DNA of 63,977 nt, filler included, from Folioceros fuciformis (lineage: Eukaryota): the NCBI GenBank assembly GCA_049999805.1. It is 18 parts of 18 records of this genome, joined end to end, with 100 filler letters (N's around TTAATTAATTAA, not from the genome) between each part and the next. Parts side by side here need not be neighbours in the genome. Positions count along the whole stretch, not along the records: positions 39,417 to 41,209 come from JBNGIO010002188.1; positions 41,310 to 44,458 come from JBNGIO010002189.1; positions 44,559 to 46,334 come from JBNGIO010002191.1; positions 46,435 to 48,442 come from JBNGIO010002192.1; positions 48,543 to 53,958 come from JBNGIO010002193.1; 13 more parts are not named here. The stretch is one strand, 5' to 3'. The translations under genes and the position numbers were made by a program. Below are positions 40,665 through 53,958 of the stretch, in pieces. Positions within the stretch are counted from its first letter, which is position 1, and each line of letters starts with the position of its first letter. Under the pieces are notes generated by a model that was not told the origin of the DNA, did not search any database, and saw only the letters and a list, made by a program, of their open reading frames with translations.

Positions 40665-41310
40665 CGAGACAAATCGGTTTCTGCTGTACATCCCATATCT
40701 GCTTTATTTCTTGAGACATTGCTCCCTTCTTGCGAGCCACAGGGTACCAGCCAGTGACCATGGCATTCGAGATTCGAAGCGATGTGTTCAGTGGTTATTA
40801 TGCAGGAAGAGATGTTTCAGGCTGAAGCACCTTACCTCATCCCGTGACCCGAGGTCGCTGCATCAACTGCCACATGGCTGGTTAGTTAGGTTTTCTTCTT
40901 AAACTCATGATTTAAAAAAAAAAATATATACTAACTATAGTTTGATTTCATGAAACGTTGAATCTACTTACCGTTTTGTCATGAGGAGGTCTTCTTCTCA
41001 CAGTTGATGACCTTTAGCTTGTTTCGTCACAAGCTTCCCAAGTCATTCACCTGTGTATTAGATGGCCATTCTACGTCTGTAGACAGTAGAAATTCCTTGA
41101 CTTGTAGCTCATCTCAGTTAACCTAAGATGGGTACAAACCCTCCTGCATACAATAGTCCCATCTTCACAGACAGTGTAAAAGAAAAAGACAGGTTTAACG
41201 GGACTAAATNNNNNNNNNNNNNNNNNNNNNNNNNNNNNNNNNNNNNNNNNNNNTTAATTAATTAANNNNNNNNNNNNNNNNNNNNNNNNNNNNNNNNNNN
41301 NNNNNNNNNA

Positions 41311-42096
41311 GCAGGCGAGAACTTGTGGTGGGATGGGTTTTGGGCAGAGCAAGAGGTTATCGTGCATTCAATCAACTCCGGTGTAGACAGAGACCTTGAT
41401 TCTCCTTGGCGGTGGTATAATCGAGAGGCGGCAAAATTATTGAATGCACCCGTAACTGTTCCAGACGAAATCGTTGTTGTTCACAATCCACGGATCCGCG
41501 AGATTCCCAGAAGAAACATGTATGTGGGTGCATATCGTAGGGAGGTGGACCTCAGTGACGACCGTGAAAGTTTGAGCGGAGACATAACATAAATAGAAAA
41601 AGGGCATATGATTGATGTCCCTTGCGAGACTGACAAAGATAGTAGGCCGTTTTGGATTGCCAAAGCCTTAGAGGCTGATGTTACATGCAAAAAACCATAT
41701 GTGAAAGTGCACTAGTGGGTCACCAAATGTTCAGATGCTTTTGAGGGTCGTTACCAAGAAAAGATGATTTTACCACATGAAGATCCGCCAAGAGGGTTAC
41801 AAGGAGGTCGCAGATGCAGGCCAAGCAGAAGAATTTGGAAGCATATAGATACATTATTGATTGACACTTTCATTTTAGCATACGGGTTTGATTTGACACG
41901 CCAAAAACAGCTTTCCTTCCGCACGACCCTGATTCGCAAAAACCTGTACGCCCTCAATCGCGACCAAGAAACACTGCCGCCTGAAAAGAATGAAAACTTG
42001 TTAGACGTTTACATAAAAGTATTAAGTACAAACTGGTATGATAACTTTTGTATGGAGCGGCAGACAAGTTTCGCTTTCCAATTGCCATATATGTGA
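41311..42096 (+). pseudogene. Degenerate ORF of unknown function, probably TE-associated
   Basis: ORFs 41323-41592 and 41764-42096 share one frame broken only by TAA at 41590 and TAG at ~41713; contains GHMIDVPC...PFWIAK...VKVH*W. Confidence 0.45.
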
Positions 42097-43329
42097 CTTT
42101 GGTAGTGTGCGCCGGTCTATCAGCGCACGTCAACTTGTTTTAGGCCGGTTAATCGATAGTCTATCCCGCTACCCTTTCTAGAAAATGCAGATAGACATCG
42201 ACGGGTGATAATTTTCAAGAATAGGGTCAACTGATATGAGATATAGCTCAAACACGCAAGACCTTACATGGAATCGGATAACACCTGAATTACGTGATAC
42301 CCGCCATATTACGGGGTTTTGTCATGTATTTGAATGCAAGGACACCTGCAAATTTGCTTATACTTTCAGAAAAATTGATGTTTACGTTCGTAAGCAACAC
42401 TCCTTTCCGCCACATTTATGCATCCCTGGACAAAAATGCATGAAAATGCGGATATCTGACACGAATTTTGAGCGTCAAATTTCACGAAGCCCGAAATGGC
42501 GGAATCTGCCCGTCTGGGTTAGACCTTGTTTTGTGAACTATGCTTAGCTTCAAGAGGCCATAGTGAGGTCTTCATCGTGGAGTTGATCACAAGGGATTGG
42601 GGGTGGTGATGGATAGAGGTTGGGGGGCCTCCATTATGGGAGCAAGGCCACTATGGCTACCTCCACCTGAGGCAACGGCTCCAACGCAGTGTCCCTGCAC
42701 AACTTCGCCGGCACCAGGTCTGTAGTTGTTCCTTCCATCGTCCTCTACTCCACAGTCTCCCTAGTCGTCGCTGCCTCTCCTGGTACCACTGTGCTTTGCT
42801 CCCCTTCTATCCCGTCAAGGAAATCGCCATGCCCAGGCTCCTCCTTCGCCCGGTGCGTTTGCTTACACCCTGCGCCTTGTCTGCCAAATTTGCTCCCCGA
42901 CGTCGCTCTCGCCGTGGTTGCGCTCCACTTCAAAAATACCTCGAGACTCTTGGGTCCCTGCTTAGGGTTTCCATTTGTCCGCAACGCTTTGCGTTCCACT
43001 ACTACCCCGGGGGTTTTGCTACCTGTTCCTCCTTCCACGATGGAGGTCCATCTTCCCCAACTGTTGCTGAGTCATAACTACCTCCCTTTTCAGCCTAAGT
43101 CCATGGTTCCTTCCTCTCCGACTGATCACTCCTCACTCTATAGATATAGGGGGGGTGGTTCCTTATATAGGCTTCCTAGAACTTGTTCAAGTACCAAGGG
43201 CCAAGGAACAAGTAGGACTGTCTGGCATGGCAATCAGCCGCGCCATACGCTGTCTCCCTAGAAAGGGCCGTGATAACTTTGGCATGACAACAATAGGACA
43301 CCCACATACTCGGCAAGCCTATGTCAAGT

Positions 43330-44285
43330 TTGGAGACCAGCATCAAAAAATTGATGCCAAATCCTTTATCCAAATTTTTGAACATGTGTCCTAGTCGAGC
43401 TTGGAGGATTCGGTAGTGGATCAGATCTGAATTTTTTCTCGGATTCCTACGCAAATTTGATCACCAATGGTATAGTTGTATGTACACGAACACCACTTCG
43501 GCTGATTGGGATAGCCTCATGGTAGTATTTTTAGAGCTTTCCTTGTATGCCCAACTTTGGACTCTCAAAAGAGCAAGGAGGGAGTCCCTAGATGACTACA
43601 TGGAGCGGTTCTATGGGTACCTTGACCAAGTACCAAAATGTGCCCCCGTGGGGCTGAGCACTCCGTACACTTCTAGTTATTCGCAAGAAATGCCTGTCAA
43701 TTGGTTCACCCACGGGCTACTGGAACCCGTGAGTTTCCAATTTTGACGAGGTGCAAAGACTCTAGATAACGCCATTCAGTTGGTAGAAGAGTGGGAGATC
43801 GTGCAGACAAGGAGGCATCCTGAGTCCCTGAGAGAGACAACTTTGAATCGTGGTTGCTGGGGACAAAGTCAAAGGAGGCAAAGTCTCACTCCACCAAGGT
43901 GGGATGGGCGCCATTCATCATGGTTTGATGATGAGGATGCCTCTAGGAGTGCATCACAAACAGGATTTGACACGGATAGTGAGACCAACCCCTCCCCCTG
44001 ACATTTTAGCCAAGGTCAACAGGAATCGTGGGGCAAGGACCATCAAAGGAATAGAGAACAACATCTTGGTGCAGAACATTGTGCTGGGTTGGAAGGCCAG
44101 ATAGATGCGCTGTCTTTCGGTTGGCAGGATTGGAGGTTAAGGCGGTTCACAACCAATGGTGCAAGAGAAGTACCTCTTTGGGCAGGCAGTAGGTGTACTG
44201 CACCACTTGCCAGTGGTCTAGACATACGCACCAAGAATGAGATCGGAGATCTAGCCCTACTATACAACAAGTCGAGGCTGGTTAC
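43330..44285 (+). mobile_element. Ty3/gypsy gag remnant followed by a short integrase C-terminal-like fragment
   Basis: WDSLMVVFL...LKRARRESLDDYMERF...WFTHGL...KTLDNAIQL fits a retrotransposon gag pattern; IGDLALLYN resembles PGDLALLYD in the integrase at 8841-9230. Confidence 0.65.
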
Positions 44286-44887
44286 GCGCATGGTGACTAC
44301 TGATATGTAGATGACTTCTACCAGGTTCAAGCTATTACAGGCAGAAGATCACCATACTTCCTTACAACCAACATACCAACACTCGGCCCCCACCACTATG
44401 AGATACAGAGTACATCCCACCTCCCTGGCAAGTGACAGCAGGACTCCAACCAAAACCCNNNNNNNNNNNNNNNNNNNNNNNNNNNNNNNNNNNNNNNNNN
44501 NNTTAATTAATTAANNNNNNNNNNNNNNNNNNNNNNNNNNNNNNNNNNNNNNNNNNNNGTTGGGACTGTCACTCCTACCCTACCATTGATTCAAGTCACC
44601 ACTTCCGACCTGTGGACAGATCTTTGCACTCACAACTACGCAGCTGTTACTGCCTACAGCCCCCTCACTCTATGTGTTGGAAACCACAAGTCAGAACCTG
44701 CAGGAGGAAGCTACAACCAGGTTGCAACCGGGGCCCCTCCTTCAGCACCTGCCAGCACCACGTCAGAAACACACACCAATTAGGGCGGATTTGAGGAAAC
44801 ATAGCCTCAGGCTCCTTGCCATGAGCACTCTTGCTGCCTTGTAACTCTAAGCACTACAACGACCTTCACCTTTACCTCTACCTCTAG

Positions 44888-46054
44888 TACCCTTCTCAGC
44901 AGTCCTATAATGGAGCTTCTTATCCCTATCATGAGCATAGGTGATGGTGAGCTTGCCGAGAATCTTGCACAACAGCCCATTAGCCTTCTCCGTGAGTCCA
45001 TTGGCCTTAGGGTTGTAGGGAGTGGTCTTCCTATGACTGATATTGAAATATTCAGTCATGTGCTTGACTACTTCATTAATGAAGTGAGTCCCCCTATCAC
45101 TCACCAGCTCCAACGGGCACCCATACCTTGTGATGATTTGCTCAAACAAAAATCAGGCCACCACATTTGCTGTGTCCACGGGCAAAGCTTGGGCCTCCAC
45201 CATGCGTGTGCAGTAGTCAGTTGCCACCAAGATGTATTGGTTCTGCCTTCCCTTGGACTTGGGCTGAATTGGTCCTACAAAATCAATCCCCCACTTCTCA
45301 AATGGTGCTAGGGCTAGGAGGGGGACCAATGGCCATTGTGTGTTCGTAGTAGGCTTCCCCACCCTTTGGCATGCATCACACCTCTTGATGAATTCTCCAG
45401 CATCAGCATGCATTGTTGGCCACCAATACCCTGCTGCCAGAATTTTTCTACAGGTCACATGGGCTGCATAATGGCCTCCAGCCTCTCCCTCATGTAGGGA
45501 GCCGATAACTTGCTCCACTTGGCCAGGTTTGACCCACAACTTCTCCACGCCATCAGCTCCTGTGCGATACAGCTTGCCCTTGTACTTAACCACCAGCCTT
45601 GTGAAGTACAAGAACAACCGCTGCTGCTGCCGCGTGAGATCAACTGGAAATTCCCCCGTGCCTAAAAAATCAGACACCTCTTGGTAGGAAGGCTTACGGG
45701 ACCCTCTTCTCCCCTTCTCATTTGGTGCTGCACCTTCACCTCTTGGCAACCTAACATTTGGTTTGGCCCTCTCCTTCTCCACTAGGTCTACTGAAAATGC
45801 TTCATCCGGAAAATCATCTTCTTGGTCTTGAACCACATTCCCCGTTTTCAGCCTGGATAGAAAATCAGCATTCACATGCCTGCGCCCTTCCCTTGTTTCC
45901 ACGGTGAATGTGAACTCCTGCAAGAGAAAAATCCAGCGAGCTATGCGGCCCGATAGGTCTGCCTTGTTGACCAGGTGCTTGAGAGCAAAATGATCAACAT
46001 GGAAGAAAAACTCATAGGAGAGGAGGTAGTGGCGGAATTTACGACAAGGGTAGA
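44888..46054 (-). mobile_element. Ty3/gypsy RNase H-integrase fragment, same family as 8734-10846
   Basis: Near-identical to 9296-10085; retains the integrase core (GIDFVGP, VSDRGTHF, NGLTEKAN); interrupted at 46055 by a family C terminus. Confidence 0.92.
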
Positions 46055-46334
46055 TGTGAACCTCCAAAGTTTGGGGTAGTAGTTTGTTTTGGTTGAAAAA
46101 GGGTTGATAGTGGTATGGTTTGGTTTTCTTTTTCAACTTATTTTCCCTAATTTTCCTTGATTTTCTGGTCATTTTTCCTATTTTTCTTTGTGTTGATTAG
46201 ATTAATTGACCAGGAAATAGTTGGTTTGGTTATAAGAGTGGGTATAGGTTTGGTCCCAGACCTGGGAAGGTTTAGGTTCGGTACCAAGCCATAGGGTTGG
46301 GTGATTAGTTTAATATTAATTAAAGATATATAAT
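46055..46334 (+). mobile_element. LTR-like terminus, family C copy 2, inserted into gypsy RNase H
   Basis: Matches 30138-30440. Confidence 0.7.
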
Positions 46335-46434
46335 NNNNNNNNNNNNNNNNNNNNNNNNNNNNNNNNNNNNNNNNNNNNTTAATTAATTAANNNNNNNNNN
46401 NNNNNNNNNNNNNNNNNNNNNNNNNNNNNNNNNN

Positions 46435-46823
46435 GACACTGACATACCCAGATTCCCGTTCCTATGTTCAAACCATTATTTAATCATTTTATTATTTTTT
46501 ATATTATTATTCAATCATTTAATACTATATACCTTTAATTAATATTAAACCAATCCCCAAACCTAGATTCAAACTTTCCTGACCCTATGGCCTGGTACCG
46601 GACCTAAACTTTTCCAGGTCTGGGACCAAACCTATACCCACTCTTATAACCAAACCAACTATTTCCTGGTCAATTAACCTAATTAATATAAATAAAAATA
46701 GGAAAATGATCAAAAAATAAAGGAGAATTAGGGAAAATAAATAGAAAAAGAAAACCAAGCCACACCACTATTAACCCTTTTTCAACCAAAACAAACCACT
46801 ACCCCAAGCTTTGGAGGTTCGCA
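46435..46823 (-). mobile_element. LTR-like terminus, family C copy 3
   Basis: Reverse complement begins TGCGAACCTCCAAAG and matches 30138 onward. Confidence 0.7.
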
Positions 46824-48329
46824 TGGCCAAGGAGCTCTTAAGCATGAATACCTCAGCCTACTCCCAACCTAATCCAATTTCAAACCAAACTTAGTAAAAA
46901 GGAAAAAAAACGCTCCGTCGCACGCCTCGATAGGGAATTTCTAAACATTTTATCATTTACACTTCACTTCAATACAACAAGAGATGGGGGTGATGATTGC
47001 TTTGATAGCAGTTGTTAAAGGAAGCTAAAGGTCAACTGTGATAGTCCCCTATAAGAGAAGGGGAAGCATAGGAGGGAGAGGATGACGAAGAAGGCATAAG
47101 AAACACAACAAAGAGGAGGGTAGACAAGCTAGAAGAGAGAATGCCATATGTGGGGCGGGATTGGATAAGTGGAGGAAGTTGAACAATGCAGATGCGGTGA
47201 GTGTAGGGCTAGAATAGCAAGGGAGAAAAACTGTTTGTTGAAGGAAATTGCAATGTGGATAATGTAATAGACCTAGATTTGGGCATTGTGTTGTTAGTTG
47301 TTGCTGCTTGCACAACTCAAACAACCATTGCTCTTCCTTCCAACAACATGTCAACAAGAATACAAGGAGGTATTATCTCCTTGTATACCTCTTAGTAAGA
47401 GGTATTGCTTTTCCCTCCAACAATATGTTAACTAGAATACAAAGAGGTAAGAGAGAACTCCCAACGTTTGCATTACCTAGTCACATAGCTCTTTGGCTCC
47501 TTTTGACCTCCTCAAAAGCTGTCTTAGGCTCCCAGAGGCCATGCTTTTGATGGAGCAAACACACTCTAGGATCCTATAGCCTAGGCCCTCTTAGACTACA
47601 CACAAACTCGTAGCCACCAAAGTCTTTCACCACCCCATCTTATTCTCATGAATATGGCCCAAGTATTCTCCTCTAACAAGTTCATGTTGTACGGTCCTAA
47701 AACCTACCTGCACCTCAATCCTATCTTCAAGAATGTAGCCCCAAGTGATAAGGGTGAGTCTAGACTTTAAAGACTCAAATCATTAGCTTTGCAAATTCTC
47801 CAAATCCTCAAATTGCTTACCATATATGCACTTGATGCCTTGAATGAAATTATTTGGAAGGATTATGTACACCAAATTAAACTTAGTAAAATTATATATT
47901 CTTATTAAAGAGGAGAAGAACATTCATATTACATGGTGTCTATTGCATAAAAACATAATGAATTAATTAAATGAAAGGGTAACAAACACGTAAAAATGAC
48001 ATTCTTTAGGGTTATGTGTTGGCTATAGGCATAACCTTAGCCAATCAACACAACTTTCTACTTAAAGCCTATCTACTTAAGTTTATCAAATACTTATACG
48101 TTGTCTCATCTAAAACCCTTCAAACTCTAGTGGTCATCATAACATCACTAAAATATGGACCACACGTTTGTATATAACCCTAAACTCTATATATAATAAT
48201 AATATATATACATACTCCATGGTGTTGCTTTCTCTTTCTTTCTTTGCAACGTTGTCTTTTTCTTACATTACGATCTTGCTTGTCTGTTTCATTCTTTGCG
48301 GTGTTGCTGTCCTTTCCATACATTACGTT

Positions 48330-48442
48330 CTTGCTTGTCTCTTTCTTAATGGTACGACATTCCTTGTCTCTTTCTTACTTTATGTCATTGTTTGTCTCTT
48401 TCTTACTTTAGGGCATTGCTCGTCTCTTTCTTACTTTAGGGC
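48330..48442. repeat. ~28-33-bp pyrimidine-rich tandem repeat
   Basis: Repeated GTCTCTTTCTTA(CTTTA) units running to the contig end. Confidence 0.7.
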
Positions 48443-48542
48443 NNNNNNNNNNNNNNNNNNNNNNNNNNNNNNNNNNNNNNNNNNNNTTAATTAATTAANN
48501 NNNNNNNNNNNNNNNNNNNNNNNNNNNNNNNNNNNNNNNNNN

Positions 48543-49088
48543 TGCCAGTGCTGCAGGACGGCCCGCCTCCTGGAGGATTCCCGGCTATCAGATACGCTCG
48601 CAAAATTCCAAATTCAGGGCCGACGGGAGTGACTGTGTTCCTGGTGGCGACTGGCATTATTAGCTGGGGATTGTATCAAGTTGGACAGGGCAACAAGGAG
48701 CGACGGTGCGTCCTACATCCTGTCGCTTCGACCTGTGTACCTTTTCCTGCCACGGTTCTGGTTCTGACATTACAGTGGATTCTCTCAGAGCTTACAAAGC
48801 CGAGAAGATCGCGGCCAGACAAGCAATTCTGCCTTTGATCCAAGCCGAAGAGGATGCCAGGTGAAGCCTCTGTGATGGGATACGTAGGTGAGTAGGTTTC
48901 CTGTTCTAACTGCCTTGTTTGAACGTTGAATTACCGTCGGCAGGTTTGTGAGGATGAGGAAGAAGCAGTTGAAGGAGGAGGCTAAGATCATGGCTAATGT
49001 CCCTGGCTGGAAGGTTGGAGAGAATGTGTATCACACTGGCAGATTTATGCCTCCTGCAAATGGTAAACTCGGTGGCGAGGTGTATTGA
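48543..49088 (+). CDS. NDUFA13: NADH dehydrogenase 1 alpha subcomplex subunit 13 (GRIM-19/B16.6), 5'-truncated by the contig edge
   Basis: Exons <48543-48705, 48789-48860, 48944-49088: [18 protein letters not shown]...[18 protein letters not shown]...[30 protein letters not shown] at 49086-49088. Confidence 0.95.
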
Positions 49089-49454
49089 CAAGATTACGTC
49101 TATAGGTTGGATCATTTATGTTTCCCTGTCCGAGGAGACTGGATCACTCTGGCTGATGTCTTTCTTACGAGCAACTGGTGAAGTCTATGTCAAGCTGAAA
49201 CATTTGCTCAGACGAAGGTTGCAGACAGGTTGGGCTTCATTCTGAGGCGAGCCGTGTGTCTCTGTTTTGCCCCGTGTCTACCACATGAATCGACTGGACA
49301 TGTCCTCCCTGGTCTAGATTTTTCAGAAGATTCAGTTTCCAAATGGGAACCCTGTGGCTGATGAGGCAATCCTGTTTTGTAGAGGTATCAAATGAATTCG
49401 ATGGCCAGGAGAGTGGCCTGACTCGCATTCTGTTGACGGTGAAAATGCTTTGTT

Positions 49455-52400
49455 CTATGAAATTGTCACTAGCTTTCTCAGCCTCGCTCCGAATGCTCCG
49501 TCAATTTTATCCCTGAACGGCTGTGAAGCAAAAAAGCCCTCAGGCGTGACCATCTTCTCTGGAACGAAGCCTACTGCAGATTCGACTGTGAATTCCTGTA
49601 CATTCGCATCACAGTTGTGCACGTTCGTCGTACTCTTCATAAGATTTGATTAACAGGATTGCTCTGGAAATGATCTACTTACCGTGTGCTCTTTCACAAA
49701 GCTGTTAATACGATCAGCGTTCTCTTCAGGCTCTATAGAGCAAGTGCTGTAGACTAGTAAACCTCCAGGTTTCACGATCCTGCTCGACAAACAGTCTAAG
49801 GTGATGAACTTGCTAAACAACAGAGCATGGCATAGACAGATTCGAAGGCTGGACAGTTGGGCTTACGAGGCTGCTGATTCAAGGAGCTCATCCTGCAAAC
49901 TCAGCAGTTCTTGGAATCCATCGAGATCTCTGTTCCACCTCAGATCTGCCCTCTGCAGGATTATTGGCAACTGGGGGCATCAGTTCCAAGCATTGTAGAC
50001 GACCAAGTCCATCTTTCATATTGCCGTAAAGAAAGGGTGTGCAGAAGCTTACTTTACAGAGCACACCCAGGCCACTACAAGGGGCGTCCAGTAGGACCCT
50101 ATCAGCTTGATCTGCAATTTTGTCCTGCACATGTAAGACAGAAATCAAGACGAGCAGTGCTAGGAATGACAACAATCGCTTCCATTCCAAGACGTCAGGT
50201 CGGGCAACGCACTGCTTACCACATAGACTCGCAGGTCACCATGGAAGGTAGAGATCACATGTTCCACACCTTGTTGCACAGCTGCTTCCTTCACCAAGCG
50301 CAACCTCCCATTGTTGACATCCACGGCTACAACCTTCCCTACAATATCAGTCCACATTTGGTGAGCCATTAAGGTTAGCTATCTTTCTGATTCTGCTTGT
50401 CGATCTCAAACATTGAGAGGCCATGGTGCAGTTTTGTGAATTTACCCCTTCCTTGTAACCGAGTAGCTATGAACATGGTCTTCCCGCCTGGAGCAGCACA
50501 ACAGTCGATAACCACCTCTCCAGGCTGGGGATCCAATAGCTCTACAACAAGCCCTGCGGTACACAGCACACTAGACCTGTCACAAAAGGTTTCACCAGCT
50601 TCCAATCAGTACTACCAAGACCTGAACTGGACCTTTTACCAGCACTTTCATCCTGCACTGCACAGCGTCCATCCTGAATCAACCCTGCCTTCAGCAAGTC
50701 CTGTATATCAACACCATGACGAGCCCTTTCAATGAGAGGAAAAGACAAAGTAAGCCGTACTCCTTTTCCTCACCCCAACCAACGTGCCAAACGAGGTCGC
50801 ACCTGCATACCTGAGGATACCCGAACGAAATCCTTCAAGAGGGCAGATTCTACGTAATCAACCTGTTCCAGCCAGGTATGTCAGCCATGCCCTTCTGATC
50901 TATTCACAGCAAGATTCCCTTTGAAGAGTCACCAACTCTTCGGAGAATCACACCTAACCTCGAGCTCACGAAGCTTGATACACAGAGCTTCTCTCGATTC
51001 TCCTTTTGCACTATTGGCCCTGGCGTTCACGACACCAGCCGAATCACTCAGCACCAAAGCACCGTCACAAAAACCACGCCACTGCCGGTTTCCAAGGTGC
51101 GAGACCATGAGGCGAGAACACCTTTCAGCATTCAGCAGATGAGGCAGCTTCAAGTCTCACTAACACCTGATAGAAAACGTGGGTCGTTCATTGTTCCATT
51201 GCATGAGCTGCACTGTTTGCTCTTCACCATAGCGTGCCAGCCATCGTCTTACCATCCACTGCACTCAGAACTGACATTTCAGGTTCCTGTTCGTCCTGGT
51301 TGTCGACAAACTTCACAGCAACATGGGAAAACTCATCAAACATCGACAAGACCTAAGATGAGGACGCAGGAGTCCTATGCTCTCACCACAGGATGAGAGT
51401 GGATTGTCGACAGTGCACGTGCTCTGGTACGATCATCACCTTCCACTGCTGGAATAGGTAGCATGTTGTTATCCTGGGATCGATGTGACCAGTGTGAGAA
51501 ATCGATGCAGATAACAGCGGGAGAAGAAATGTATGCCAAGAGTAATGCTGTTAACCAGACAGACCAACCTTGTCACGAATCAGATTCCTCAGAAGGCCAT
51601 TGACAAAGCTCCCGGCACCAGGCCTCAGGGCAGCCTTTGCCAGAGTCACGTTCTGTAAAAACCATGGGAAAGCAGCGTGAGAAGCACAAGTTAAGGCGAC
51701 TCTATACTGAATGATAGCAATCCACGACAACCCACAAGACCTGCCTCGTTCACGACTGCATATGGTGATTCTTCCAGTTTCACAAGCTCGTAGACGCTCA
51801 AACGAAGAATCTGCACAAGAACGGACAAGTCAGGGAGGGGAGATCATATAACCAGGGGGAAGGAGTAGCATGAAGTCTGGACAAGGCAACCACCTGACGC
51901 AGTAGTGGTTCCATACGATCGTAGTCCTTGCTTTCCAGTTTTGCAAAGCTGAAAATGAGAAAATCCAGATACCGCTTCCATCTAGTGACCCCCGCTACAA
52001 CGTCTGTCACCTACAGCCATGTGCGATCAGCAAGTGCCTTACACGCAAATTGGTAGCAGCTGATGACATCCCACAACCAGTCACATCCGTACCCATCTCT
52101 TGTCCCGGGATTCCAGCCCAGGTGTGCAGAAACCTAACGTTCTGGCCACGTACTCCATCTCATCTTCAGGAGGAGTTCCAACGTCTCCACCGAGTACGTC
52201 TGCGTAGGCCCTTCCTTCCTCGATTCTCATCAATCTGACCACAGCAACTGCATGACAGGACGGTCCGAGTCATATTCTTTCTGTCCACCAACGATGTGAT
52301 GCGATTCACCATCCTCCGCGTATACCTGCTCTACTGGGTGACACTTCGGTGTTGATCCTGGGGGAACGAACTTCTCGTTTTCCATCATTCCTGTCTTTGC

Positions 52401-52617
52401 GACGTCCCATGCCATCCTGCCTTGGTGCATATCCTGGACGACTTTCCCCTCCTGTTCGTTTCCATTCCATGCCCATTTGGCATTTGACTTCATTTTGCAG
52501 AACCCTGCTTCCTTCTCGTATGCAACCCAAGCTCGCAGGGGAGCCTTGACAGGCGCTGGAGGAAGAGTGCTGGCAAACAGGAATGCGGCGCCACCCATGG
52601 ACAGCCACTTGCTGCAT
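49455..52617 (-). CDS. RsmB: RsmB/Sun-family rRNA m5C methyltransferase with NusB-like N-terminal domain (plastid type), multi-exon
   Basis: Exons include 52326-52617, 52093-52247, 51894-52010, 50053-50124, 49867-49952, 49683-49779, 49455-49595; motifs [62 protein letters not shown]; start codon uncertain. Confidence 0.92.
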
Positions 52618-53197
52618 TTCGTCCCTTGTGCCTGTTCCACAGACACACGTCTCAATTCTTCTTCAATTTCGGGAGGTGTTAGCCATCTATCCAACGAGCA
52701 TTTCCTAATATCTGCTATGAAGTGCAAGATTCATCGAGGCTGTGGGATATCAATTTTGGATGCTCTGAATTCAGCGGCCGCCCTTGAATCTTTCTTAAAC
52801 CCTACAAAGGGTTTACAGGAAAAGGTTCAAAGGTAGGACTGACTGGAAGACTTCCCCCAGGACTGTGTCAGTCGTGAGCGCTTGGCCTTGGCTCAGTTGC
52901 AGCCAATTGGCGGCCCATCACAGGTAAGGAGAATGGGGTTGCGGGTGTTGCTGTGCGATCCGCATTGTAAGCGTGCTGTCCATTTTGAGGTTGTAAGTAG
53001 CTCAAGCTAGAATCTGGTGAGATGTGCTTTCAAATTCACTCATTGGATTCGGTGTGTCTGTGGCTTGTTTAGGGAGAGACGTAGTTCCTCCTGGGCAACT
53101 CTGCATTTGTTTTGGTGCGGTGCTGATAGGGTTTCTGTTGCAGTGTGGGAGAACGTGAGACAGGAGGCATCCAATCCCGACCAGGAGAGTGGGTGCA

Positions 53198-53958
53198 ATG
53201 AGAGTACCCAGAGGAGGGCTGCTGCTGCTGCTCTTCTCACACCCCCCTAGTACGGGACTGCGTCCTACACTGTCGTCGACTGCTGTGGTGTCTTCCAGGT
53301 CCCTGCATTCTGCGCAACTTGTGTCGTGCAGGTCACTGCCTGGCAAGCATCTGGGTACTCCCTTCATTCATCGGGTGCAGGCTCGCAGATCTGGCTATCT
53401 CCTCTCTCAGGGATGGGATGTCCTGGAAGCTGACAGTTTGGATAGGTTGGAGAGGAGGCTGTCATCTCAGGGTATCAGCACATCAGCTCTGCGTGTGACC
53501 AATGCTGAGTCCAGCACTGAAGATTTGAGGACGAAGAAATGGGAAGCGGATAGGGAGGCCGAGAAAGCTGAGATTCAGAAGGGGAAGAGAGTATGGCTAC
53601 CTAATGGAAGGCTTGTGTATGAAAGCGAGAACAGAGAGAGTTTTCGAAGAAGCGATGACGGTGGTAGCCACGGAAGGGAGGGCTCCATGGAACGTGGCCG
53701 AGGAGGTTTCAGAGGAAGGGGAGGCGAAAGGGGGAGGGGGAGAGGAGGAGGAACGAGGGGAGGTAGGGCTAGAGGAGGAGGAAGTTTCTCGGGAGAGACA
53801 AGGTGGGGAAGTGGTGGGGAAGGCAGAGCAGCATCTGTTTATCCTGAAGGATTTCAGCAAAGGTCTAGAGCTGTTTGGGATGAAGCTGATGAAGATGGCA
53901 ATGGTCGGAGCTCCGGTTTTAGTGGCAGAGGTTCGGCCAGCACGGGAAGGTTCGGCAG
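53198..53958 (+). CDS. Partial organelle-targeted protein with RGG/Gly-rich region, 3'-truncated by the contig edge
   Basis: ATG at 53198; Ser/Arg/Leu-rich, acid-poor N-terminus resembling a transit peptide; RGRGGFRGRGG...RGGRARGGG tract; open to the contig end. Confidence 0.6.

Noticed and set aside
52230-52727. 165-aa minus-strand ORF as a separate gene
   Set aside because: It overlaps RsmB exons 1-2; the conserved EVSPSRA motif is in the other frame (52306-52617).
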